This document shows positions 39,828 through 49,147 of a DNA stretch of 64,000 bases, in pieces. A model generated the notes under the pieces. That model had not been told where the DNA came from. It worked only from the letters and a program-made list of their open reading frames with translations, and did no database searches. Both the position numbers and the translations under genes were made by a program. Numbering within the stretch: the first letter of the stretch is position 1; the number at the start of each line of letters is the position of its first letter. This DNA comes from an uncultured archaeon (GTDB lineage Archaea; Iainarchaeota; Iainarchaeia; Iainarchaeales; 1-14-0-10-31-34), in the NCBI GenBank assembly GCA_964608675.1, contig CAZSOZ010000001.1:300049-364048 (forward strand), given 5' to 3'.

Positions 39828-39915
39828 ACTTAATCACATTAATACAGAGAAAGAAAAAGAGAAAGGAAAAGAATTTATTTCAATTGAATTTTTGTTTCTC
39901 TTCCTTTTGTGTTCA

Positions 39916-41796
39916 TTATTTTTTTTCTTCTTTGTTTTCATCTTCCATTTTGTAGTCTGCATCAACTACTTTTTCGTCGTCTTTTTTTTCTTTTTTCTGC
40001 TGGCCTGCTTCCTGTTGTGCCTGCTGTTTCTGCTGTTCTTGTGCGGCTTTCTGGTATAATTCAGTGGAAGCTTCTTGAAATACTTTATTTGTTTCGTCGA
40101 GTTTTGTTTTTATTGCTTTAACGTCTTTTTGTTCTGGTTCCAGCAGTTTTTTGAGTTCATTTATTTTGTCTTTTATTTTCTGCAGTTTTCCTGCTTCAAC
40201 TTTTCCTTCCATTTCTTTTAATGTTTTTTCTGTGCTGTGCGCCAAGGCGTCTGCCTGATTGATTGTATCTATTTCTTCTCTTTTCTTTTTGTCTTCTTCT
40301 GCAAATTGTTCTGCTTCTTTTTTCATTTTTTCTATTTCTTCTTCGTTTAATTTTTCTGATGCAACTATTGAAATTTTTTGGCTTTTTCCTGTTCCTTTGT
40401 CTACTGCTGTCACGTGCACTATTCCGTTTGCATCTATGTCAAAAACAACTTCAATTTGAGGAACCCCTCTTGGGGCAGGCGGTATTCCCACTAATTGAAA
40501 TCTTCCTAAGGTTTTGTTGTCTTTTGCCATAGGTCTTTCTCCTTGAAGCACGTGGATGTCTACTGCTGTCTGATTGTCTGCAGCAGTTGAAAAAATCTGG
40601 CTTTTTTTAGTTGGAATTGTAGTGTTTTTTTCAATTAATTTTGTAAAGACTCCTCCTAATGTTTCTATTCCAAGGCTTAATGGAGTGACATCCAGCAAAA
40701 GAACGTCTTTGACTTCTCCTGAAAGGACTCCTGCTTGTATTGCTGCTCCCATTGCAACACATTCCATTGGATCAATTCCTCTTTCAACTTTTTTTCCTAC
40801 AATTTTTTCTACGAATTCCTGAACCATTGGCATTCTTGTAGGGCCTCCTACTAGAATTATTTTGTCTACTTCTGCAGGAGTTAAGTTTGCGTCAGCCAAA
40901 GCCTGGCTTACAGGCTTTTCGCATTTTTCTACAATCGGCTTTACAAGCTCTTCAAGTTTTGCTCTGTTTAATTTCATGTTTAAGTGTTTTGGGCCTTCTT
41001 GTGTTGCAGTAATATAGGGCAGATTTATTTCTGTTTCAATTACATTGCTTAATTCTATTTTTGCTTTTTCTGCTGCTTCGTTTAATCTTTGTGTGGCCAT
41101 TTTGTCTTTTGTTAAATCAACTCCTTCTTCTTTTTTGAATTTTTCTACAATATATTTTTGGATGGCTTCATCCATGTCTCTTCCGCCTAATTGAGTGTCT
41201 CCTGAAGTTGATTTGACTTCGAATACTCCTTCTCCAAAGTCCATTATTGTTACATCTAATGTTCCTCCTCCGAAATCAAATACAAGAATTTTTTGGTCTT
41301 TTTCTTTTTTGTCTAATCCATAAGCCAGTGATGCTGCTGTCGGCTCATTTACAATTCTTATTACTTCCAGTCCGGCAATTTTTCCTGCATCTTTTGTTGC
41401 CTGCCTTTGGTTGTCGTCAAAGTAAGCTGGAACTGTAATTACTGCTTTTTCTACTTTTTCTCCTAAAAAGTTTTCTGTGTCTTTTTTTATTTTCTGCAGA
41501 ATAAAAGCAGAAATTTGTTGGGGAGTGTATTCTTTTCCCTGAACTTTGTATTTGTGGTTTGTTCCCATTTTTCTTTTTGCGCCTGTAATTGTTCCTTCTG
41601 GATTGCTTACTGCTTGTCTTTTTGCTGGTTCTCCTACAAGCATTTGTCCGTCTTTAGTAAAAGCCACTATTGAAGGAAATGCTTTTCCGTATAAGCTTGC
41701 TCCTTCTGCTGAAGGAATAATTCTTGGTTTTCCTCCTTCTAGTACTGATGCTGCAGAATTTGATGTTCCTAAATCTATTCCAATTATTTTGCTCAT
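39916..41796 (-). CDS. dnaK: Chaperone DnaK (Hsp70)
   Basis: [37 protein letters not shown]. Confidence 0.99.
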   Translation of the reverse strand: MSKIIGIDLGTSNSAASVLEGGKPRIIPSAEGASLYGKAFPSIVAFTKDGQMLVGEPAKRQAVSNPEGTITGAKRKMGTNHKYKVQGKEYTPQQISAFILQKIKKDTENFLGEKVEKAVITVPAYFDDNQRQATKDAGKIAGLEVIRIVNEPTAASLAYGLDKKEKDQKILVFDFGGGTLDVTIMDFGEGVFEVKSTSGDTQLGGRDMDEAIQKYIVEKFKKEEGVDLTKDKMATQRLNEAAEKAKIELSNVIETEINLPYITATQEGPKHLNMKLNRAKLEELVKPIVEKCEKPVSQALADANLTPAEVDKIILVGGPTRMPMVQEFVEKIVGKKVERGIDPMECVAMGAAIQAGVLSGEVKDVLLLDVTPLSLGIETLGGVFTKLIEKNTTIPTKKSQIFSTAADNQTAVDIHVLQGERPMAKDNKTLGRFQLVGIPPAPRGVPQIEVVFDIDANGIVHVTAVDKGTGKSQKISIVASEKLNEEEIEKMKKEAEQFAEEDKKKREEIDTINQADALAHSTEKTLKEMEGKVEAGKLQKIKDKINELKKLLEPEQKDVKAIKTKLDETNKVFQEASTELYQKAAQEQQKQQAQQEAGQQKKEKKDDEKVVDADYKMEDENKEEKK

Positions 41797-41811
41797 AATA
41801 TCACCTTTTTT

Positions 41812-41928
41812 TTAATTAGCATAAACTTGCTTTCTTAGCCTCCTTTCTTCTTCATGTATTTTTTCTTTTATTTCTTCAGGGAGTTTTTCAAATTCTTCTG
41901 AATCAAGCATTAAAATTTTTTTGTTCAT
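41812..41928 (-). CDS. 38-aa helical mini-protein between grpE and dnaK
   Basis: MNKKILMLDSEEFEKLPEEIKEKIHEEERRLRKQVYAN*; ATG directly follows the grpE stop, GTGA SD-like site. Confidence 0.55.
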   Translation of the reverse strand: MNKKILMLDSEEFEKLPEEIKEKIHEEERRLRKQVYAN

Positions 41929-42516
41929 TTAATCACAGCCTATTCTTTTTTTTTCTTCTATTCCTTTTTCCTTTTTTTCTTCTCGACCTGAATTGATTTT
42001 TACTTTTGAATGCCTTAAAACTTTGTCTTTAAGCATGTATCCTTTTTGGAATTCTTCAAGGATTATTCCGTCTTCTTTTTCTGGATTGTTTTCCTGCATT
42101 AAGCAGTCATGAAGCCCGGAATCAAATTTTTTTCCTATTGCTTTAATTTCTTTTAAGCCGTATTCTTCTAATGTTTGTTTTAATTGCTTTTCAATCAATT
42201 CAATTCCTTTTCTTTCATTTTCATCTGAATTTTTTTTGGCTGAATCAATTGAATCCATTACTGGAAGCAGATTCTTGATTAATTCTGCGTTGCTGAATTC
42301 AACAAAAATTTTTCTGTCTTTTTCTTCTCTTTTTTTGAAGTTTTCAAATTCAGCTTGAATTCTTTTAACTAATTCAGTTAATTCTTCTATTTTTTCTTCT
42401 TTTTTGTCTTTTTTTTCTTCTGGTTTTGTTTCTTCGGGTTTTTTTGCTTCTTTTTCTTGTGTTTTGATTTGGTTTTTTTCTTTTTCTTTTTCAAAATCCT
42501 TTTTTTGTTCAAACAA
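41929..42516 (-). CDS. grpE: Nucleotide exchange factor GrpE
   Basis: AEFENFKKR, LLPVMD, FD...H, QKGYML.DKVLR.SKV. Confidence 0.96.
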   Translation of the reverse strand: MFEQKKDFEKEKEKNQIKTQEKEAKKPEETKPEEKKDKKEEKIEELTELVKRIQAEFENFKKREEKDRKIFVEFSNAELIKNLLPVMDSIDSAKKNSDENERKGIELIEKQLKQTLEEYGLKEIKAIGKKFDSGLHDCLMQENNPEKEDGIILEEFQKGYMLKDKVLRHSKVKINSGREEKKEKGIEEKKRIGCD

Positions 42517-42530
42517 ATTAATCCCTGCCT

Positions 42531-42573
42531 AAAAAGTTTTGACTATGATTAAACTCTTTAAACAAAACTTTTT
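42531..42573. promoter_or_regulatory. 11-bp inverted repeat in the divergent grpE/regulator promoter
   Basis: AAAAAGTTTTG (42531-41), 21-nt spacer, CAAAACTTTTT (42563-73). Confidence 0.4.
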
Positions 42574-42599
42574 TAAACCTTTTTTTTCATTCTTTTTTC

Positions 42600-43100
42600 A
42601 TGGATGACCAAAACACAAAAAAACTGCTTACTGTTTCCCAGAAATTTTATTTAACCGGAAGAACTCTTTCTGATAGCAATCTATCAAGGCATAGATTTCA
42701 AGTTATAATAAGAAAGATTGAACAGCCTTTTTCTGATGACTTGGATAAAGAATTTAATTGGTTGTTGCAGTGTTTAGGTTTTTTTGAACCTATAGATAAA
42801 GGCAAAACAGCTGCGTCTGTTTTTCGTGAATTAGTTAAATCTACAGATAAAAAAGAAGGGCTTACTTCAACTCAGCTGGCCGAAAAAGTTGGGATGAGCA
42901 GAGGGGCAGTGATAAATCATTTAAATAATCTTTCAAGGAGCGGTTTAATTTTAAAGCAGGGAAGCAGATATTTTGCAAGAAGCAAATCTCTTTTTCGCAC
43001 AATAAAAGAATTGCAGGATGAAATTGATTTGGTGTTTAAAAAAATGGAGAAAACAGCAAAAGAATTAGATGAAGAAATGGGCTTGCTTTTAGAAGACTAA
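42600..43100 (+). CDS. Winged-helix (ArsR-like) transcriptional regulator divergent from grpE-dnaK-dnaJ
   Basis: LTSTQLAEKVGMSRGAVINHLNNLSRSGLI HTH; C-terminal coiled coil. Confidence 0.85.
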   Translation: MDDQNTKKLLTVSQKFYLTGRTLSDSNLSRHRFQVIIRKIEQPFSDDLDKEFNWLLQCLGFFEPIDKGKTAASVFRELVKSTDKKEGLTSTQLAEKVGMSRGAVINHLNNLSRSGLILKQGSRYFARSKSLFRTIKELQDEIDLVFKKMEKTAKELDEEMGLLLED

Positions 43101-44468
43101 TTATTCTGTCCATTCAAATTTTGACTGGAAATGCCTTAAAACAGGGCTTTCAAATTCAAATTTCAGGCCTTTGATTTCTTTTTTTCTTTTCTTTAATTTT
43201 TTGAATGATTCAATTATGTAGTCCATATGTTCTTTCAAATAAACTCTTCTTGGAATAGTAAGTCTTAATAAATCAAGTTTTGGCATTATGTTTTCTTTTG
43301 TTTTTGGATTTCTTCCTGCCAGCAGGGTTCCGATTTCTACTCCTCTTATTCCTGATTCAATATAGAGTTCTGTTGCAAGAGCCTGAGAAGGAAATTGTTC
43401 CTGAGGGATATGCTTTAAAAATTCTTTTCCATCAACAAAAACTGCATGTCCTCCAATTGGCTTCATTACAGGAATTCCTGCTTTACTTAATTCTTCCCCA
43501 AGATATTTCACTTGTCCAATTCTGTGCCTTAAATAATCTTCATTTATTCCTTCTTTTAATCCTACTGCTATTGCTTCTAAATCTCTTCCGCTAATTCCTC
43601 CGTAAGTTGGAAAACCTTCAAACAAAATACAGAAAGGAATACTTTTTTCATATAATTCTTTTTCTTTGAATGCAAGAACCCCGCCAATGTTTACTATTGC
43701 GTCTTTTTTTGCACTCATAGTGAATCCATCACAATAAGAGAACATTTCTTTTGCTATTTCTTTAATTGACTTGTTTTCAAATCCTTTTTCTTTTTCTTTA
43801 ATAAAAAAACAGTTTTCTGCATATCTTGCTGCATCCAAAAAAAACAATACATCATATTCCCTGCATAATTCGCTTGTTTTTTTAATGTTCTGCATTGAAA
43901 CCGGCTGGCCTCCGCCTGAATTGCAAGTAATCGTAGTTAAAACATACCCGGTATTTTTTTTATTTTCTTCAAGAACTTTTTCAAGTTTTGTTAAATCTAT
44001 GTTTCCCTTAAAATCACATTCTTTTTCACAATTCCATGCTTCTTTTATTACACAATTTTCTCCGATTCCTTTTCTGTGTTCAATATGTGCTTTGGTTGTA
44101 TCAAAATGAATGTTTCCAGGAATAATGTTTCCTTCCTTTACAAGAAGATGGTCAAGAATGTGTTCTGCTGCTCTTCCCTGATGAACAGGCAGAACGAATT
44201 CAAATCCTGTTATTTCTTTTATTGATTTATGAAAATTATCAAAGCTTTTTGCGCCTGCATAGCTTTCATCTGCTTTCATTATTGCACTCCATTGATTCTG
44301 GCTCATTGCATTTGTTCCTGAATCAGTCAATAAATCAATGAAAACTTCATCTGATTTCAATAAAAAAACATTCAATCCTGCTTTTTTTACTGCCTTAATT
44401 CGTTCTTCTTTTGAAATAAGTTTTGTTAATTCAACTGACTTTATTTTAAAATTAGGCAGAACTTCCAC
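43101..44468 (-). CDS. tnaA: Tryptophanase (PLP-dependent beta-eliminating lyase)
   Basis: IDLLTDSGT, HQGRAAE, FDTT, MSAKKD (PLP Lys), EGFPTYGG, RLTIPRRVY, LRHF (His as in tryptophanase, not Phe as in TPL); GTG 44468 after GGGGA. Confidence 0.88.
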   Translation of the reverse strand: MEVLPNFKIKSVELTKLISKEERIKAVKKAGLNVFLLKSDEVFIDLLTDSGTNAMSQNQWSAIMKADESYAGAKSFDNFHKSIKEITGFEFVLPVHQGRAAEHILDHLLVKEGNIIPGNIHFDTTKAHIEHRKGIGENCVIKEAWNCEKECDFKGNIDLTKLEKVLEENKKNTGYVLTTITCNSGGGQPVSMQNIKKTSELCREYDVLFFLDAARYAENCFFIKEKEKGFENKSIKEIAKEMFSYCDGFTMSAKKDAIVNIGGVLAFKEKELYEKSIPFCILFEGFPTYGGISGRDLEAIAVGLKEGINEDYLRHRIGQVKYLGEELSKAGIPVMKPIGGHAVFVDGKEFLKHIPQEQFPSQALATELYIESGIRGVEIGTLLAGRNPKTKENIMPKLDLLRLTIPRRVYLKEHMDYIIESFKKLKKRKKEIKGLKFEFESPVLRHFQSKFEWTE

Positions 44469-44570
44469 AAAATCCCCTTTTTTCTTTAAATCTATGTATT
44501 TAGGGGGAAAGAAAAAAATAAAAAGACATCCAGACAAAAAATTATTTGTTTTCACTTTAAAGTGGTTATT

Positions 44571-44732
44571 ATGTCAAGAGCTTTTGGAAGCATTCTTTTG
44601 GTGGTTGCAATGACAGCTTTTTTTTCAAGCACAGGGCTTATTGACTGGTATAGATTTAATGAAGTTTCTTTTATGCAGACAGGCCTAACTGTTTTGCTTT
44701 TTTCTTTTGCTGTCTTTTATTTGTTCAAATGA
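44571..44732 (+). CDS. 53-aa two-TM membrane peptide
   Basis: Manual translation MSRAFGSILLVVAMTAFFSSTGLIDWYRFNEVSFMQTGLTVLLFSFAVFYLFK*. Confidence 0.55.
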   Translation: MSRAFGSILLVVAMTAFFSSTGLIDWYRFNEVSFMQTGLTVLLFSFAVFYLFK

Positions 44733-44742
44733 TTTAAAAGAA

Positions 44743-45507
44743 TTATAGGGAAGTAAAAATCTTTGTTTCAATTTTTTTATTCGGATGCATGATTATTTGC
44801 ATGCCTGCTTCATAAGGCGGCTTTTTTTTGTTAAATTCTATTTCGGTTATTTCTTTTATTGTTCTTCCTTTGTTTAATCTTACTTTTGTTATGATTATTG
44901 ATTTTCCATGATTTGGTTTATCAATAACATCTTCTTGTATAACTGTTTCCTGTTTATTTATTTTTTTTAAATATTTTTTAAAGTACTCTAATTGCCGTTT
45001 AAGATTGTTTTCTATTTTCTTTGAAGAATTAAACATTTTGATTATTTCCATTGATTTGCTTTTATTTTTTTGTTCGAGTTTTGAAATATCTTCTATTATT
45101 TCTTGCATAGACCATTCAGTTGAATCTAAAAGCATGTGTTCCAGTTGAGCATTAATAAACTTAAATGAACCTTTTCTCTCATGCTTCTGCATTAAGTCTC
45201 TGAGCCTTTTGCTTTTTTGTATTTGTGTGCTGCGCTGTCTTATTTTTGGTTGCTTTATTAATTTTTTGTATCCTGGTTCATTAATAATGTCCCATACTTT
45301 TTTTCCTATTTCAAGATACTCTCTTTTTGTTGCTTTAATTTTGTCCTCAGATAAAAATAGATGCCCCTTGTCAACTAAGTCATTGAATTTTTTTATTAAT
45401 GCAGTTCTTATTTTTCGCGGTTTTGTTCGCCCCCTGATTTTTAAGGAAACTTTCCTGCCATTGCCCGTGCTTATTTGGTAAATGGTTCTTTTTGGTTTTT
45501 TGGCCAT
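44743..45507 (-). CDS. Highly basic hypothetical protein
   Basis: 254-aa ORF with MAKKPKR leader; no motif recognised. Confidence 0.6.
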   Translation of the reverse strand: MAKKPKRTIYQISTGNGRKVSLKIRGRTKPRKIRTALIKKFNDLVDKGHLFLSEDKIKATKREYLEIGKKVWDIINEPGYKKLIKQPKIRQRSTQIQKSKRLRDLMQKHERKGSFKFINAQLEHMLLDSTEWSMQEIIEDISKLEQKNKSKSMEIIKMFNSSKKIENNLKRQLEYFKKYLKKINKQETVIQEDVIDKPNHGKSIIITKVRLNKGRTIKEITEIEFNKKKPPYEAGMQIIMHPNKKIETKIFTSL

Positions 45508-45589
45508 TTTTATCTTTATGTAATACTATTCTATTTTTTTTTATTTCTTTCCCTTTACAAGGACTACTTAAAAGGTTATTTTTTTATTT

Positions 45590-46180
45590 GTGTTTGACCT
45601 TTTTTTATCGATGAAAGCAAACCTTATTTTTTTTCCAGGAATGATTTTTCATGAATTCAGCCATATGCTTGCCTGTTTTCTGGTCGGCGTTAAAGTAAGA
45701 AAAGTAAAGTTTTTTGGATTAAATGAAGCTTATGTAATTCATGAAAACCCTGATGCAGTAAAGTCAATCATAATTACTCTTGCTCCTTTTATTTTAGGGA
45801 ACTGGATTGCGTTGTATTTTCTTTCAGCTTCTTTTAAACAGCTGGCTTTTCTTAATCCTGTGGGATTCATTTTTTTATGGCTGGGTTTTAGTCTGGTTCA
45901 TTATTCTTTTCCTTCTTTTCAGGACACAAAAAATACTTTTAATTCCTTTAAAGATTTTTATTCTTTGAGGTTAATTAAAGGAAACATTATTGCAAGAACA
46001 CTGGTTTTTGTTTCTCTTCCTTTTGTGTTTATTCCTTTATTTTGTATTTTGGGGTTAATGCTTTTATTCAATTATTTTTATTTTTTAAGACTTTTGTGGA
46101 CTGCTTTTATTTTTCTTTTTGCTTTCAATCAGGCTTTTGCTTTGGCCTTAGCTGATTCATTTATTTATTCTTTTTTTTAA
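45590..46180 (+). CDS. Membrane zinc metalloprotease-like protein (HExxH; M50-like)
   Basis: PGMIFHEFSH, AYVIH, LAP, FPS..D; several TMs. Confidence 0.75.
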   Translation: MFDLFLSMKANLIFFPGMIFHEFSHMLACFLVGVKVRKVKFFGLNEAYVIHENPDAVKSIIITLAPFILGNWIALYFLSASFKQLAFLNPVGFIFLWLGFSLVHYSFPSFQDTKNTFNSFKDFYSLRLIKGNIIARTLVFVSLPFVFIPLFCILGLMLLFNYFYFLRLLWTAFIFLFAFNQAFALALADSFIYSFF

Positions 46181-46218
46181 TCACAAAGTTTTTATTTAAT
46201 TAAAACCTATTTTACTTT

Positions 46219-46518
46219 ATGAAAGAAAAAGTAAAGGGAAAAATAATTAAAGAAAAAAATCAAATCATAAAAAGAAAAAACAAATTAAAGCATGGTTTTT
46301 TTGAAGCAAAAGAAGATCCAAGAATTTTTGCTCTGCTTTTCATTGAATTTTCAATTTCTATTGCTATTGCTTTGAGCATTTATTTTTATCTTGACCCTGA
46401 AGCAAACATTGTTCCTTTTCCTTATGGAATAATTATTTTTGCTGGTTTAATGTTTCTTTTGGCAATGGTTTTTCATAACACAAAAGGATTCAGAGAAAAA
46501 AGAAAAAAAGAAAATTAA
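46219..46518 (+). CDS. Small two-TM membrane protein
   Basis: Basic ends with two hydrophobic segments. Confidence 0.65.
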   Translation: MKEKVKGKIIKEKNQIIKRKNKLKHGFFEAKEDPRIFALLFIEFSISIAIALSIYFYLDPEANIVPFPYGIIIFAGLMFLLAMVFHNTKGFREKRKKEN

Positions 46519-46691
46519 ATAAATTCCTTTATATCTTCTTCTTCAAAGTTTTCTGCCAGCCCTAATTTTTTTCCTTTTTTCACTACAAATAATTCTGTTC
46601 CGCATTCAGGGCATTCAACTGAATCTCCTTCTTCATGGAGTTCTGAATCCAGTTCAACAATGCCGTCGCATTTAGGACACTTTATATTCAT
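46515..46691 (-). CDS. LysW-like zinc-ribbon protein (58 aa) lacking the EDWGE tail
   Basis: MNIKCPKCDGIVELDSELHEEGDSVECPECGTELFVV...EEEDIKEFI*; GGAGG SD. Confidence 0.7.
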   Translation of the reverse strand: MNIKCPKCDGIVELDSELHEEGDSVECPECGTELFVVKKGKKLGLAENFEEEDIKEFI

Positions 46692-46778
46692 TTTTTTGCC
46701 TCCTTAAGAGAAAAGCAAAATATTTCCTAAAAGTTAATTTATTTAAATATAATCTAAAAACCGGATTTCAAAAAAAAG

Positions 46779-46802
46779 AAAAAAAACAGGGGAAAAACCC
46801 CT
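46779..46802 (-). terminator. Hairpin plus U-tract terminator after the SWIB-like gene
   Basis: Minus strand AGGGG-TTTTT-CCCCT followed by G and a T-run. Confidence 0.55.
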
Positions 46803-46829
46803 AAAAAAATTTTTTTTTAATTGCCAAAA

Positions 46830-46985
46830 TTATTTTGAAGCCAACTTGTTTTTTTTGATGTAAGCCCAAAGCTTTTTGGTCATCTCGCTTGGAGTGACTT
46901 TTCCTGTTCCAAACACTTTTTCTAAGGTGTCGTTGCATCCTTTAAAACTAATTGCATATCCGCCGAACGGTTTTTTTGCTGGCAT
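46830..46985 (-). CDS. Minimal SWIB/MDM2-like basic protein (51 aa)
   Basis: MPAKKPFGGYAISFKGCNDTLEKVFGTGKVTPSEMTKKLWAYIKKNKLASK*; KKLWAYIKKN.L is the SWIB core helix; AAGGAGG SD. Confidence 0.75.
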   Translation of the reverse strand: MPAKKPFGGYAISFKGCNDTLEKVFGTGKVTPSEMTKKLWAYIKKNKLASK

Positions 46986-47041
46986 ATAATTTCCTCCTTT
47001 TTAAAATTAAACAAATTATTAGAATAAAGGTTAAAGTATAT

Positions 47042-48046
47042 TTAAATCCTTCTATTTAATGTTTTTTTTTCCCACATTACTTTGATTTGATCAGTTCTTT
47101 GTTTTGGAAGAATCCTGCTTTCTTTTAATTCAGTTTTTTTGCCTGCCTTAAATTCAATTAATCCCTGCCAGGCAATCATTGCTCCCTGGTCAACACAAAC
47201 TTCTTTTGGAGGAACAAAAAATTTTGCTTTTCTTTGTGAACACATTTCTTTCATCATTTCTCTTAAAGCTTTGCTTGAAGCAACTCCTCCTGTCAGAAGC
47301 ACTTCTTTTTTTTCTGTGTGTGCTAAAGCTCTTTCGCTTACTTCTGTCAGCATTGCAAAAGCAGTATGCATTAAACTGTAAACAAGGTCTTTTTTGTTTT
47401 CTTTTCCTATTTTCTGTTTTCCTGCTGTAAGCAAACCGGAAAAAGCCAAATCCATTCCTTTTACTGTATACGGCAATTCAATGAATTCTTTTCCTGTGAA
47501 ATATATTTTATCCATTTTTGGTCCTGCAGGAAAACCTAATTTTATTTTTCTTCCGAATGCATCCAAAAAATTTCCTATTCCAATATCCAATGTTTCTCCA
47601 AAAACCCTGTATTTTCCTTTTTCTAATCCGATTATCTGTGTGTTAGCGCCGGAAGCATAACAAGTAATTGGATTTCTTGCTTTTGTAAGTTTTCTGCCGA
47701 TTTCAATATGTGCAATGCAATGGTTTACTCCAACCAAAGGCTTGTTATGTAGAATAGAAAGTGTTCTTGCAAAAACTGCGCCGACTCTTAAACAGTTTCC
47801 TAATCCAGGCCCTTGAGAAAAACTGATTAAATTAATTTCTTTCATTCTAATTCCGGCTTTTTCTAATGCCTTCTCCAGAATGTTTTTTGCATTTTTGTAA
47901 TGAAAGTCTGCTGCTTCTCTTGGGTGAATTCCAACTGAATCCTCTTTAACATAAGAACTTTTTTCGTTTGCAAGAATCCTGCATTTTTCGTCCACAATTC
48001 CTATTCCGAAAGTGTGCGCTGTTGATTCAATTCCTAGGCAAATCAT
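47042..48046 (-). CDS. kae1: tRNA t6A37 threonylcarbamoyltransferase Kae1/TsaD
   Basis: LGIESTAH, GPGLG, NHCIAHIE, SGANTQ, GETLDI, AMIAW, QRTD. Confidence 0.96.
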   Translation of the reverse strand: MICLGIESTAHTFGIGIVDEKCRILANEKSSYVKEDSVGIHPREAADFHYKNAKNILEKALEKAGIRMKEINLISFSQGPGLGNCLRVGAVFARTLSILHNKPLVGVNHCIAHIEIGRKLTKARNPITCYASGANTQIIGLEKGKYRVFGETLDIGIGNFLDAFGRKIKLGFPAGPKMDKIYFTGKEFIELPYTVKGMDLAFSGLLTAGKQKIGKENKKDLVYSLMHTAFAMLTEVSERALAHTEKKEVLLTGGVASSKALREMMKEMCSQRKAKFFVPPKEVCVDQGAMIAWQGLIEFKAGKKTELKESRILPKQRTDQIKVMWEKKTLNRRI

Positions 48047-48106
48047 TTTTTCTCATATTTTTTCGGTTGCTTTAGTTTTTTATTTATATATCCTCTTATT
48101 TTTTTT

Positions 48107-48565
48107 ATGCCAAAAAAATCAGTTAGTTTAGTTCAGGTAAGAAAAGGCCCTAAAACCCTACAGCCGTTGCAGGCAATTGAATTAATGAAGAAATCTAAAT
48201 CCCGTTTTCTTGCAGTCCCCAGAAACAGAAAAGATCTGGTTAATGACAAAAGAAACTGGTATTTTATTAGAAATAAAGAAGGAGAAAAAATTGGCACTGT
48301 TTCAATTCATCCGGAAACAGCTGAAATTGGAGGTTTTTCTTTGCTTTCGGAACACAGAGGATTACAAAATGCAGTTCCTGCTTTACGAAGTGCAGAAAAC
48401 ATCCTGAAAAAGTTAGGCCATAAAAAAGTAATGGTTAGAGTTAGTGTTTCTTCACAAAAAACAATTAAGGCTTTGAAATTTCTTGGATACAAAACGAAAA
48501 GAAAACTTGTCAAACAAAAATATGGAATAAAATTTGATTTAGTTGAACTGCAAAAACAATTATGA
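48107..48565 (+). CDS. GNAT-family N-acetyltransferase with basic leader
   Basis: IGTVSI...AEIGGFSLLSEHRG motif A, A...LGY motif B. Confidence 0.75.
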   Translation: MPKKSVSLVQVRKGPKTLQPLQAIELMKKSKSRFLAVPRNRKDLVNDKRNWYFIRNKEGEKIGTVSIHPETAEIGGFSLLSEHRGLQNAVPALRSAENILKKLGHKKVMVRVSVSSQKTIKALKFLGYKTKRKLVKQKYGIKFDLVELQKQL

Positions 48566-49147
48566 TTTTCCTGCTAAAGCTTTTTCAATTTCTTTTTCGG
48601 TTATTTTTCCTTTCCTTAAAACTTTTTTTTCTTTTAAATCATATATTGTGCTTGATTTTTCTTCTTTTAATTTTCCTGCATCCAAGATAAAGTCAACTTT
48701 TTTTCCCAAAACTTTCACTGCTTTTTCAAAAGAGTAAATTGCTTTTTCTCCTGAAAGGTTTGCGCTGGTTGAAATTATTGGTTCATTTATTTCTTTTACA
48801 ATTTCTTTTGCAATTTCGTTTGAACTAATCCTCAATGCAATTTTTTTTTCGCTTACTTGATCAGGAACAGATTCTTTTTTTGGCACAATTAGAGTCAAAT
48901 GTCCTTTGAATTGTTCAAACAGTTTTTTTGCCTGAGAATTTATTTCAGCGAATTCTTCAGCCATTTCTTTTGATGACACAAGAATAATAAACGGTTTTTT
49001 TCTTTCTTTTTTTATTTCTCTTATTCTTTTAACTGAATTTAAGTCGCTTATCCTGCAGCCTATTCCGTAGCTTGTTTCTGTTGGATAAACAATTACTCCT
49101 TTTTTTTTTAATACAAAAATCGCAATTCTTGTTTGTGCGTCCATCAT
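48560..49147 (-). CDS. sua5: Threonylcarbamoyl-AMP synthase (Sua5/TsaC, YrdC domain only)
   Basis: YPTETSYGIG, K.R..KP, STSANLSG, SSTI, LRKG. Confidence 0.92.
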   Translation of the reverse strand: MMDAQTRIAIFVLKKKGVIVYPTETSYGIGCRISDLNSVKRIREIKKERKKPFIILVSSKEMAEEFAEINSQAKKLFEQFKGHLTLIVPKKESVPDQVSEKKIALRISSNEIAKEIVKEINEPIISTSANLSGEKAIYSFEKAVKVLGKKVDFILDAGKLKEEKSSTIYDLKEKKVLRKGKITEKEIEKALAGKS

